Of a DNA stretch of 64,000 bases, positions 1 through 9,127 are shown one piece after another; position 1 is the first letter of the stretch; each line of letters opens with the position of its first letter. The notes under the pieces were generated by a model. It ran no database searches. It had not been told where the DNA came from and worked only from the letters and a program-made list of their open reading frames with translations. The stretch comes from Gemmatimonadales bacterium (GTDB taxonomy: Bacteria; Gemmatimonadota; Gemmatimonadetes; Gemmatimonadales; GWC2-71-9): NCBI GenBank assembly GCA_041615815.1, contig JBFJCP010000016.1, forward strand, positions 40,215 to 104,214, written 5' to 3'. The position numbers and the translations under genes are program-made.

Positions 1-147
1 ATCCCCGGCGTGGGCCCGCGCATGCTGCACGAGTTCAAGGAGTATCGCCCGTACCGCCGCATCGAACAGTTTCGACGGGAGATCGGGAAGTACGTCACCG
101 AACAGGAAGTCGCGCGCCTCGAGCGCTACGTGACGATCAGGCCCTAG
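1..147 (+). CDS. C-terminal part of a helix-hairpin-helix (ComEA-like) protein; 5' end outside window
   Basis: Frame 1 reads IPGVGPRMLHEFKEYRPYRRIEQFRREIGKYV...* (TAG 145-147); IPGVG is an HhH signature. Confidence 0.65.
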   Translation: MPGVGPRMLHEFKEYRPYRRIEQFRREIGKYVTEQEVARLERYVTIRP

Positions 148-154
148 CGAGACA

Positions 155-877
155 ATGCGGGACGTGCGAATCCTTCTGCTCCAAGCACGGGACCAAGACG
201 ATCCCATGCGTCGCGAGGAGCGCATCTCGTTTGCCACGAAGGCCGGACTCGACCTTGCGCAGTTCGTCCCGCACGACCTCCTCGGTGGTCCACCCACACT
301 AGGCCAGATTCGTGCGCACGACGCGATGATGGTGGGTGGGAGTGGCGACTATTACGTCTCCAAGCGAAACTTGCCGGCATTCGACGAGTTGCTCGACGTC
401 CTGCGCGACGTGATCGAAGTTGGATATCCCGTCTTTGCATCGTGCTTCGGTTTCCAGCTGATCGTTGCCGCCCTCGGCGGATCCATTGTGCATGACCGAA
501 GTGCAGCGGAGGTGGGTACGTACGAGCTGATGCTCACCGAGACCGGCGTCCAGGACGAGCTGCTGGGGACCCTTCCGAGACGGTTCCGCGCACAGCTCGG
601 CCGGAAGGACCGGGCAGCCACGCTGCCCCCCGGCGTAGCGCACTTGGCCTCGAGCGAGCGTTGTCCCTACCAGGCACTCCGCATTCCGGGCAAGCCCATC
701 TGGGCGACCCAGTTTCACCCCGAGCTCAACGTGGTGGAGAACCGCGCGCGGTTCATCCGCTATATGGACGGTTATGCCCTGACCGAGGACATCGATCGGG
801 ACAGGATTTTCGAGCGTTTCGTCGCGTCACCGCATACCGCAGCGCTGATTCCTCGGTTCCTCGAGCTGATTCGGTAG
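155..877 (+). CDS. Class I glutamine amidotransferase (GMP synthase-like GATase)
   Basis: GGSG, FASCFGFQ nucleophile elbow, QFHPE catalytic His-Glu. Confidence 0.9.
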   Translation: MRDVRILLLQARDQDDPMRREERISFATKAGLDLAQFVPHDLLGGPPTLGQIRAHDAMMVGGSGDYYVSKRNLPAFDELLDVLRDVIEVGYPVFASCFGFQLIVAALGGSIVHDRSAAEVGTYELMLTETGVQDELLGTLPRRFRAQLGRKDRAATLPPGVAHLASSERCPYQALRIPGKPIWATQFHPELNVVENRARFIRYMDGYALTEDIDRDRIFERFVASPHTAALIPRFLELIR

Positions 878-1109
878 ACCCACACCTGGACGTGTTCGGC
901 CAGCGGGGCGGCGTGAGTGTTGGCCATGGCAATACGCCCGTGCGGTGCTCTTCTTCGCGATTCAGGTCGTGCCCTGCGCTCTGGTGGGCCGGGGAATTAC
1001 GTTTCGGACCCGCCGAGTGGCTCTGGCGCCGCGTGATGCACTGGCATCGGCAGTCCATTCGGGAAGCCGCGTGATGTAGGTATCCTGAGGCTCAATCGAA
1101 AAGGAGAGA

Positions 1110-1436
1110 ATGGGAATGGGTCGCATCGCCATCGTCGGGTATCGCCCGCGCCCCGGCAGGGAGCGCGAGCTGCATGCGCTCATGAAGACACACGTTCCCA
1201 CGTTGCGGCATGAGGGACTCGCCACCAAGCGCGAATCGATCGTCATGCTCGCGGCCGACGGCACGATCGTGGAGGTGTTCGAGTGGAAGTCACGGGAAGC
1301 CATCGAGGCAGCGCACTCCAATCAGGCCGTCCTCCAGATGTGGAAGCGCTACGAGGCAGTCTGCGAGTACGTGCCGATCGGAACGCTCGCGGAATGCGCC
1401 AACTTGTTCTCCGAGTTCGAGGCACTCGACATTTGA
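1110..1436 (+). CDS. Small dimeric alpha-beta barrel (ABM-like) hypothetical protein
   Basis: AAGGAG RBS; YRPRPGRE...VEVFEWKSREAIEAAH pattern. Confidence 0.7.
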   Translation: MGMGRIAIVGYRPRPGRERELHALMKTHVPTLRHEGLATKRESIVMLAADGTIVEVFEWKSREAIEAAHSNQAVLQMWKRYEAVCEYVPIGTLAECANLFSEFEALDI

Positions 1437-1489
1437 GTGGGTGGGGGCTCGCGAGCACACTGAACGCCAGCCGAGGGACCGCTTGGCAC

Positions 1490-2140
1490 TCAGTCGGCTT
1501 GAAACGCTACTCGGTTGTGGCTCCCGTCGCAGAACGGCTTGTTCTGCGATTGCCCGCAGCGGCAGCACCAGGCTTGCTCGGTGAAATGGCTCGATTGCTC
1601 ACCGTCGTGACTGCGGAGGTGAAACGATCCCTCGAGGAGGAGCGGACCGTCGGGCTGCGGTTTTATGGTTAGGCGGCCGGCGCGACGCTCGGTCGTTGGC
1701 TCGTTCGGCACAGTGAAGTTGCCCTCGTCCTCAAAATCGACATCTAAGTGGCTGTTGTCACAGAACGGTTTGTTGTGCGACGCACCACACCGGCAGAGCG
1801 CGGCACGTGTCTGTTCCGACACACCTTCCGGCGTGTAGATCTCGAGATCGCCACGCGCGTACAAGGGCCCGTCCGCCTCGACGGTCACTTCGTTGGCCCT
1901 GGGTGGGACTTCCTCGAGCCCGCCGTCCTGGCGGGTGTACTGGAGGGCGCCCGTGGGACACGCCATCACGACATTCGCGATCTCGTCCGCATTGGCCTGC
2001 GACAGGTCCACCCAGGGCCGCCGCTTGGGATCGAAGACCCGCGGTAGTCCCTTCACGCACTCCGCCGCGTGAATGCATCGTTTGACATCGTAGCGGATGA
2101 CGATCGCATCCGACTCGTAGGTTCGGATCGTTGGTGGCAT
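1490..2140 (-). CDS. Fe-S protein: divergent 4Fe-4S (Fer4_19/YjdI-like) domain plus two CDGSH 2Fe-2S domains
   Basis: CIHAAEC...CPTGAL; LCRCGASHNKPFCDNSH; CCRCGQSQNKPFCDGSH. Confidence 0.9.
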   Translation of the reverse strand: MPPTIRTYESDAIVIRYDVKRCIHAAECVKGLPRVFDPKRRPWVDLSQANADEIANVVMACPTGALQYTRQDGGLEEVPPRANEVTVEADGPLYARGDLEIYTPEGVSEQTRAALCRCGASHNKPFCDNSHLDVDFEDEGNFTVPNEPTTERRAGRLTIKPQPDGPLLLEGSFHLRSHDGEQSSHFTEQAWCCRCGQSQNKPFCDGSHNRVAFQAD

Positions 2141-2166
2141 CTCGATAATTGGTGTGTGCGTAAGAG

Positions 2167-4827
2167 CTAAATCAACAGACTATCCGCCATCACTTCCACC
2201 ATCGCCGGGCCGTCATACGCCAACGCATCGCGGATGGCTCCTCGTAACTCCGATGGCCTCGTCACTCGACGCCCCTGCCCACCACAATTCTCAGCGAACT
2301 CCGCAAAGTTGGGATTGTGCAGCTCGGTCTGCCACACCGGCCAGGAACCGGCTCGCTGTTCCTTCGAGATCTTCCCCAGCTCGCCGTTGTTGACGAGCAA
2401 ATGCGTAATGTTCATACCATGTTTGACCGCGGTCGTAAACTCTCCCATGTACTGCCCAAATCCACCATCGCCCGTCACGGCAATGACCGGCCGCTCCGGT
2501 GCCGCGGCCCACGCGCCCATCGCCGCCGGAAATCCAAACCCGATGGAACCAAGATAGCCGGACATCAGCACCGACTGGTCGCGGCACTCGAAGTAGCGAC
2601 CAAAGGAGTATGTGTTGTTCCCGACGTCCACCGCGACGACCGCGTTCGCGGGGGCCTCGTGGGTGAGCGCATCGAAGATGAGCGCTGAGTTGATTCCCTT
2701 CCCTTCGTCGTTGGCCCTCCGACGCTGCTTTTCGTCGCGCCACAGCTTCCAGCGTGCGGCCACCGCTACGCGTTGGTCCTCGGCGGCGAGTTTCTTGGGA
2801 AGCAGGCCCTCGATCTGTTCGGCGGTTACCCCGATCTCGCCCCACACCGGGACGTCGACCGGATGGAACTTCCCCAACGCCAGGCGCTCGAAATCGACTT
2901 GAATGATCCGCTTGGTGTCATCGATCCCAGTGTGATGCGAGAAAGATGCGCCGAACACCAGCAACACGTCTGCGTTGTTCATGAACCAGCTGGCGATGGG
3001 CGTGCCGCTTCGACCCAATACACCCGCCGCGAGCGGGTGGGCGTCCGAGATCTGACCCTTGCCCTTGAAGGTGGTGAGGACAGGGGAGCCCAGCCGTTCT
3101 GCGAGACGGGTCACGGCTTCCATGGAGCCCCGGGCACCGTATCCCACGATAATCGCGGGTCGCTTGGCCCCTGCTAGTACCTTCACGGCTTGTTCCACCG
3201 ATTCCTGGGAGGGCGCGATCTCGACGCGGCCGAGGCGGCCCTCGAGGCTCGATGCGGCTGCATCCTTCGCGGCGGGTAACACCTGCACTTCGTCCGGAAA
3301 GATCAGGTGCGCAACATCGCGCCGCACGATGGCATGTTTGAGCGCTAGGGCCATGAGCTCGGCGTGGCTCGAGTCATGAAGCACCGTCTGGCTCCACGCC
3401 GAGACCGCGGCAAACGCGTTGGCCAGATCGATCTCCTGAAATGCCCCGGGACCCAAGACTTGGGTCTGTACCTGCCCGGTGAGCGCCAGTACCGGTGCAC
3501 GGTCCACCTTCGCGTCCCAGAGACCGGTCAACAGGTTGGTAGCCCCCGGACCCGCGATGGTCAGACACGCGGCGGGTCTCCCGCTCAGCTTGGCAAAGCC
3601 GGAGCATGCAAACGCCGCTGCTCCTTCGTGGCGGATGCCGATATACGTGAGATGGCCCTTCTCGACCTGGCGCCGGAGGGCGTCCGTGAGCCCGAGGTTG
3701 GAGTGCCCCACCATACCGAAGACATGGGTCACGCCGCCGTTCACCATGGTCTCGACCATCACGTCACTCACGGTCGTGACATGCCGCACCACCTCCTCCA
3801 CCTGCACGTACACGCCGTCGTCCCGTAGTGCCACCGGGAAAGTGGCCACCGCCTCATAGTCTTCCGAAGCCGCGGCGCCCGTGAGCGCATCGAACGCCCA
3901 TCCGTGCCAGGGACACCGCAGCACGCCATCCGTGATCGTGCCTTCGCCAAGCGGTCCGCCTTGATGGGGACAGGCACCGCTCAGCGCCGCATGCTGGCCG
4001 TTCACCCGCAGCACCGCCACCCGTCGCGTGCCGGCTACAACGGCGCGGACCTCGCCGTCGACGAGATCGTCCACACCCGCCACGCGATGCCACCGTTTCG
4101 CCGTTTCCCCCCCTTCTGCCCTTTCCACCTTGGCTTCACCGGCAACCCCGGGGTCCGCGAATCCGATGTAGTAGTGGGAGCCGTCGCAGAAGGGCTTGTT
4201 CTTGGAGCCTCCGCACCGGCACAACGTGTAGTGCTCGAGAGAGGCACCCTCGCCGCGCGGTTCCTCCTCCAACACGACCCCCCCAGTCACGTAGTAGGGC
4301 CCTGCACCGGTCACTTGAACGGTGGGTGACCGATCCTGGTCGCGGTGCTCGACCCCGTCCACCGAGTAGGAGAGCGCGCCGGAGGGACACATGCGAATCG
4401 TCTCGATCATCTCGTTGGGCGCCGCTCCGTCGGGATCGATCCACGGTTCCACGCCCATCTTCCACACCTTCGGCAGATTGCTCGTGCAAAAACCGGCGTG
4501 CGCGCAGATACCACGGTTGTCATGGACGGTGATCGCCTGCCCCACGTAGTTCTCGCGGAAATCCCACGCGCCGTCAGTGGTCTTTGCGGAGTTGAAGCCG
4601 AACTTCTGATGCGTGCCGTCGCAAAACGGCTTGGTCTTGGATTGGCCACACCGGCACAGCGCCATGGTGCGCCGCGTCTTCAGATCCTCTCCCTTCGCAT
4701 CGAGCAGCCTCGTCAGTCCCTTGATGACGTACGGACCGTTCGGCTCCGGGTGGATGGTGGGCCGTGAGGACGCTGCTGGCTCCGTTCGGCTCTTCGCTTT
4801 CTTGCCAGACTTCTTCCGAGCCATCAA
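2167..4827 (-). CDS. CDGSH-Fer4_19-CDGSH-Rieske-ThDP-dependent enzyme (pyruvate oxidase-like) fusion
   Basis: LCRCGQSKTKPFCDGTH; CAHAGFC...CPSGAL; LCRCGGSKNKPFCDGSH; Rieske CPHQ...CPWHG; ThDP motifs RHE, GPGATN, GDGG...NN. Confidence 0.9.
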   Translation of the reverse strand: MMARKKSGKKAKSRTEPAASSRPTIHPEPNGPYVIKGLTRLLDAKGEDLKTRRTMALCRCGQSKTKPFCDGTHQKFGFNSAKTTDGAWDFRENYVGQAITVHDNRGICAHAGFCTSNLPKVWKMGVEPWIDPDGAAPNEMIETIRMCPSGALSYSVDGVEHRDQDRSPTVQVTGAGPYYVTGGVVLEEEPRGEGASLEHYTLCRCGGSKNKPFCDGSHYYIGFADPGVAGEAKVERAEGGETAKRWHRVAGVDDLVDGEVRAVVAGTRRVAVLRVNGQHAALSGACPHQGGPLGEGTITDGVLRCPWHGWAFDALTGAAASEDYEAVATFPVALRDDGVYVQVEEVVRHVTTVSDVMVETMVNGGVTHVFGMVGHSNLGLTDALRRQVEKGHLTYIGIRHEGAAAFACSGFAKLSGRPAACLTIAGPGATNLLTGLWDAKVDRAPVLALTGQVQTQVLGPGAFQEIDLANAFAAVSAWSQTVLHDSSHAELMALALKHAIVRRDVAHLIFPDEVQVLPAAKDAAASSLEGRLGRVEIAPSQESVEQAVKVLAGAKRPAIIVGYGARGSMEAVTRLAERLGSPVLTTFKGKGQISDAHPLAAGVLGRSGTPIASWFMNNADVLLVFGASFSHHTGIDDTKRIIQVDFERLALGKFHPVDVPVWGEIGVTAEQIEGLLPKKLAAEDQRVAVAARWKLWRDEKQRRRANDEGKGINSALIFDALTHEAPANAVVAVDVGNNTYSFGRYFECRDQSVLMSGYLGSIGFGFPAAMGAWAAAPERPVIAVTGDGGFGQYMGEFTTAVKHGMNITHLLVNNGELGKISKEQRAGSWPVWQTELHNPNFAEFAENCGGQGRRVTRPSELRGAIRDALAYDGPAMVEVMADSLLI

Positions 4828-4921
4828 ACCGTCTCCTGCGAACGGGGAAGAGTATGGGACAAGGTATGCACGACCCAGGATTGTTCCCAGGCGCCCTACG
4901 ATGTGCCTGGTTGAGAGACCG

Positions 4922-5779
4922 TCAGCCGACCATCAACTCCAACACTAACACAAGGGCGCCAACGGCCCCGAAAACCATACCCAGGATCTTCTCCATGAGA
5001 CCCCCGGGAATGTAGCGACCGATTCTGCTCCCAATCGTGCTGCCCACGAGCACCCCGGGGATGCTCCACACCACGACGTTCCAAGCGGGCCGGGCGGCGA
5101 GGGCGTGAATGCCCGCACCCACGACCGCGGTGAGCGCCAGGGTAAACACGCTGGTCGCGATGGCCACTCGCACGGGCACCCGGCAGCGAATGATCATCTG
5201 CGTCGTGGTGATCTCGGGGAGTCCCGCGCTGATGAGACCAGTCAATCCACCCCCGGCGAGCGCCAGCAGGACTCCCGGTACGCGCCAGCAGGTGGGATAC
5301 TCGAAGACGGTGCCGTCGCGGGCTCGAATGACCGTCTTCTTGTTCGGCGACTTGCGCCGCATGAGCGCCGATTCTCTTTCGCCGGGAATGCACTGTTCAG
5401 GGGAGGGCACGAAGAGCAGGAAGAGCGCCAGCATCGCCAGACCCGCTCCGAAGGCGAGCTTCAGCACGGCGGCCGGCACGTAGTGCGCCACCGCCGCCCC
5501 GAGCGCCACCGCCGGGACGGCGCCCAAGAGCAGCCAACGAGCCGTTGCAAAATCGACCAGGCGCTGGCGCATGTAGGACCGAAGCCCGTTGCCCATCCCA
5601 AAGACCTCGGTGAGGAGCCCGGCTCCCACCGCTTGGGCCGGTGCCAATCCCACGACCAGCATGAAGAACGGGCTGAAGAAAAGGGCCCCCGAGACACCCG
5701 ACCCGATGGCAACGGTGGAAAACAGCACCGCGGCAGGAAACACCCACCAGAGATCCAGCCAAGCTATATCCATGGTCAT
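4922..5779 (-). CDS. Sulfite exporter TauE/SafE family membrane protein
   Basis: Multi-TM; GSGVSGALFFSP, AIATS motifs; probable start MTMDIAWLD (ORF-track extension to 5959 looks non-coding). Confidence 0.85.
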   Translation of the reverse strand: MTMDIAWLDLWWVFPAAVLFSTVAIGSGVSGALFFSPFFMLVVGLAPAQAVGAGLLTEVFGMGNGLRSYMRQRLVDFATARWLLLGAVPAVALGAAVAHYVPAAVLKLAFGAGLAMLALFLLFVPSPEQCIPGERESALMRRKSPNKKTVIRARDGTVFEYPTCWRVPGVLLALAGGGLTGLISAGLPEITTTQMIIRCRVPVRVAIATSVFTLALTAVVGAGIHALAARPAWNVVVWSIPGVLVGSTIGSRIGRYIPGGLMEKILGMVFGAVGALVLVLELMVG

Positions 5780-5856
5780 GCCTGACGATTCAAGCAGTCG
5801 AGAAAGGGACCCGGAGCTCGCGGGACGCGCGCTCAGGGAAAGGAGCAACGGCTCGA

Positions 5857-6010
5857 TGTGGATGCCTGTGGAAACCGTGGATCCACACGTCAACACGTGG
5901 TGGAAAAAACGCGGAACGCGGCGTCCCCGTGAGGGATGCATACTCCACAGATCCTCCACACCGTCCTGCCTCGCCCCGAAAAGAGAACGGCGCTTGTTTC
6001 ACTCTGTGGA
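5857..6010. promoter_or_regulatory. Cluster of TGTGGA/TCCACA (DnaA-box-core-like) motifs in a divergent intergenic region
   Basis: Exact hexamers at 5857, 5867, 5882, 5944, 5955, 6005; near matches at 5876 and 5899. Confidence 0.5.
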
Positions 6011-6078
6011 ACGCGTAGTTTGTGACGCCCTCCGTTGGTCAAACGTCACGTCCGTGCCCAACGCGTCCATGGAGTACG

Positions 6079-6360
6079 ATGTCCGATTACACGCCCCTCG
6101 GAATCCAAAAGCTCGCCCGTCATGCCGCCAACGATCTCACCACCGTCCGATGCCCCCGCGATAGCGTCGTCATGCGTTTACTCGCGTGCCGTGCCGAACG
6201 AATGGAAGGTGGCGCGGTGACGCGACAGGAGTTTCACCGTATCCCCAAGGGTGACTGGGAGATCCGCGACGTGGATTTTGAATGTCCGGCGTGCCGGCGG
6301 CGCGCCATGAACGTGCGTCTCGAGCGCAAGACGAGCTCGCCACATGGCATCTGGGCATAG
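6079..6360 (+). CDS. Small putative zinc-binding hypothetical protein
   Basis: GGAG RBS 6071-6074; RCPRD...FECPACRRR. Confidence 0.65.
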   Translation: MSDYTPLGIQKLARHAANDLTTVRCPRDSVVMRLLACRAERMEGGAVTRQEFHRIPKGDWEIRDVDFECPACRRRAMNVRLERKTSSPHGIWA

Positions 6361-6366
6361 CCGCGC

Positions 6367-7182
6367 TCACCCGGTGGGCCCTGTTTGCACCTCCACCAGA
6401 TCCCACACGGAGAACACCGCCCTTCCGCGAGTGAAGTTGATCGCGCGAATCTTGTAGGGTGGCTCCTGCGCGATCCAGAACCACCTGCGGTTGCCGGATG
6501 CGAATGCGACCTGGACCAGCCAGGTCTCGTATTCGCGACCGCCCTCGACGGCGACCGTCTCACGTCCAGCGACTCGCACTTCCGCCCAAAGTGCCTGTGG
6601 ATCCAGCATGTTGTCCCACGCCACGCGAGCAACAAAACCCTCTTCGAGTTGCAGGGCGGCAAAGAGCAGTTCCAGCAAGGAGACTTCGAACACCGGCGAG
6701 TCAAAGTCGTAGGCGAGCTCGTTCTCGGTTCCGTCCGGCTGCGTGAGAGAGCCCCGAACGGCAGATCCTTCAAACGAAATCTGAACTGCTCCGCCGCCCG
6801 GTGTCGTGAAGCTGCGGGCTCGGGGACGCAACGTGCTCTGCTCCAATGAAATGCTGTCCGCGATCCCGTTGGCCGGCCCGAGTGTGATGGTCGCGCTCAT
6901 CAACGAGCTGTCCCCAAGCATCGCCGGCGCAACCGCGAGCGTGGCCGGCTGTGAGCCAAACGGTACGCCGCCCAATATTTTGGTGGTGCGCCGGTAGGTC
7001 GCGCGAAACGCGCCGATTCGGGCTCCGTCCACTCGTGGGTCACCGGCCGTAATCCGGGGCGCATCCTCGGGCACGGCGGTGAACACCGGTCTTCGCGATA
7101 GCACTATCCAGAGCAGGGTGGTCAGCACCGTCACGACGATGATACCGACCAGGACGGCCTTCAGGGCTTTGAGAACAGACAC
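6367..7182 (-). CDS. Membrane-anchored hypothetical protein (beta-rich, DUF3108-like)
   Basis: N-terminal TM helix; C-terminal ETVAVEGGREYETWLVQV...WFWIAQEPPY. Confidence 0.65.
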   Translation of the reverse strand: MSVLKALKAVLVGIIVVTVLTTLLWIVLSRRPVFTAVPEDAPRITAGDPRVDGARIGAFRATYRRTTKILGGVPFGSQPATLAVAPAMLGDSSLMSATITLGPANGIADSISLEQSTLRPRARSFTTPGGGAVQISFEGSAVRGSLTQPDGTENELAYDFDSPVFEVSLLELLFAALQLEEGFVARVAWDNMLDPQALWAEVRVAGRETVAVEGGREYETWLVQVAFASGNRRWFWIAQEPPYKIRAINFTRGRAVFSVWDLVEVQTGPTG

Positions 7183-7362
7183 GCGCGCCTCGCTGTCTAA
7201 TGATTCGAGGACCCGCTCGACTCCCTCCTACGGTCCTCCTCCCGTCAGGTTTCCCCGTATCGCCTTGCGGGTGCTGCGGGCGGGCCGCCGAGGCCGCGCA
7301 GGTACCAGGTGACGTTCCCGCGACGCCGCGGCGCATGCGTACGAGGGCCACGGCTGGGGTCG

Positions 7363-7752
7363 TTACTTCAGTGACTGCTTGAGACTCTCCACCGCGGCGT
7401 CCACCGCGTCCGCTAGTGCCGGGGCCGCTTCGTCCGGCTTCAAGTCCGTAATCCACGTAAAGCGGCTTCCACCTCCGCTCTCGGGTTCGATCTGCATGGA
7501 CGCGTGGTGGTGTGAGAAGTTGAAGGGCGACTCAGTGATCGAATAGGCAAGCCGCCGTCGCTCGTCATCGACGGACACGATGAGCTCGTTGAGCTGGCCT
7601 TGCCCGCCCAGCTCGCAAGTGCGTCGATCGCCGGCGACGGTCACGTCGCCCAGGAACGTGATGAGCTGGTTGATCTTACCGACATCGCGAACTGCCCTCC
7701 AGGCTTCGTCGGGCGACGCGCCGATCTCGAAACTGCGGTGAATCGTGGCCAT
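7363..7752 (-). CDS. SRPBCC / polyketide cyclase family protein
   Basis: MATIHRSFEIGASPDEAWRAVRD...RRRLAYSI...FTWITDLKPD; AGGAG RBS. Confidence 0.85.
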   Translation of the reverse strand: MATIHRSFEIGASPDEAWRAVRDVGKINQLITFLGDVTVAGDRRTCELGGQGQLNELIVSVDDERRRLAYSITESPFNFSHHHASMQIEPESGGGSRFTWITDLKPDEAAPALADAVDAAVESLKQSLK

Positions 7753-8084
7753 CAAGCTCCTCATTTGGCTGGGTCGTGTCACAATCCAATGCCATTCACG
7801 AGCCAAACACCGAGGAGGCCTTTCGGGTTTCCGCCGCCGACCCGGCCTCCAATCCGTGGCGGTCGAACGCGGCTCTGTACGGGGCCGCACGGTCATTTTG
7901 CGTCCCGGTCAATCGGGCTCCAGCATTCGCTCGAACGCGTCATTGCGTCGTGCCGGCTCCCAGCGCGCGAGTTAGATCGGGATCACCCTCTCGTGAATGC
8001 TTCCATGAACCACTCGACGGGAGTTCAGCGCCTTGGCATGGAGGCACCCGGCAATACCCACCCCGCTATCCCCTCCTCAAGGGT

Positions 8085-8113
8085 TTGCCCGTGAAATGTT
8101 GCGAAAGCATTAT
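8085..8113 (+). promoter_or_regulatory. Putative sigma70 promoter upstream of the cassette array
   Basis: TTGCCC (8085-8090), 17 bp spacer, CATTAT (8108-8113). Confidence 0.45.
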
Positions 8114-8201
8114 GGAGCATGGGCCGCAGCCTAATCCTCAGGGATGGCAGCGATTAGGTTGGCGGCACCGCTCGGCGACAGGTTCCAAGCGGTCGGTCTC
8201 T

Positions 8202-8981
8202 ATGAGTTCGGACGCACACGACCACATGACAGCAGTCGACACATTCTACAGTACTCTCGCTCCCTGGTATCACATGATTTTCGAGGACTGGGACGCGAGC
8301 ATTGCGCGCCAGGGTCGACGGCTCAACGCCATCGTCTTGGAATGTTGGGGCGCAAGGCCTCACCGGATACTGGATGTGGCGGTTGGGATCGGGACGCAGA
8401 CGATCGCGCTGGCACAACACGGTCACTCGCTGATCGGTAGTGACATCGCGAGAGGCGCGCTCAGCCGAGCCCAACGTGAGCTACAACTGCGGAACTTAGA
8501 TGCCTCGCTCGTAGCAGCCGACATGGCCGAGATTCCATTAGGTCGGCGCACAGTTGATGTTATCATCTGCTGCGATAACTCGTTGCCACATCTACTGTCG
8601 ACGGCCCATATCGAGCAGGCACTCACCGGTTGGCTGGACTGCGTGCGTCCGGGCGGAGGGGTTGTGATCTCGATGCGGGATTATGGGACGGCAAAGCCGG
8701 TCGGGACTGTGGAGGAACATCCGTATGGTGACCATGTTCTAGACGGTGTGCGCTATGTGTTGCGGCAGGTGTGGACGTGGGAAGAAGACCGACAGTATAC
8801 ACTTCGTCTGGAGATACGTCAGGCGGAGACAAACGAACTGCAAGTAGGGCCAGAGGTTCGGTATTTCGCGATTTCGCCGGCGGAAGTTGGGGCGCTGGCC
8901 TGGCGGGTGGGGTTTGCGGATGTGCGCGTAGAAACCGGCTGGTTTTACCAGCCGATTGTGATCGGATACCGTGCGTCCTAA
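8202..8981 (+). CDS. Class I SAM-dependent methyltransferase (gene cassette)
   Basis: ILDVAVGIGTQ motif I; DNSLPHL; VRPGGG; TAA stop lies inside the attC R'' box. Confidence 0.88.
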   Translation: MSSDAHDHMTAVDTFYSTLAPWYHMIFEDWDASIARQGRRLNAIVLECWGARPHRILDVAVGIGTQTIALAQHGHSLIGSDIARGALSRAQRELQLRNLDASLVAADMAEIPLGRRTVDVIICCDNSLPHLLSTAHIEQALTGWLDCVRPGGGVVISMRDYGTAKPVGTVEEHPYGDHVLDGVRYVLRQVWTWEEDRQYTLRLEIRQAETNELQVGPEVRYFAISPAEVGALAWRVGFADVRVETGWFYQPIVIGYRAS

Positions 8982-9119
8982 CAAGCGCATGGACCTGACG
9001 AGCGCTAGCGTTCTAAAGGATTACGTTGGGTTGTTTTCTGGCCGATGGCTGTGAACCGTTCACTATTCGTGCATGCCGACGAACGAGTCGCTCGCAGGTC
9101 ATGCGCAGAACCGTTAGGT
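8976..9119 (+). mobile_element. Integron attC site (144 bp, intact)
   Basis: TCCTAAC...GTTAGGT ends; arms GCGCATG(G)ACCTG(A)CGAGCG / CGCTCGCAGGTCATGCGC pair with two extrahelical bases. Confidence 0.85.
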
Positions 9120-9127
9120 GGTGGCAC

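Noticed and set aside
5857..6010. Chromosomal oriC
   Set aside because: No full TTATCCACA box, no AT-rich unwinding element and no dnaA/dnaN/rpmH neighbours; kept only as a motif cluster
7900..8080. Integron integrase remnant upstream of the array
   Set aside because: No tyrosine-recombinase motifs in any frame I could read; only short interrupted frames
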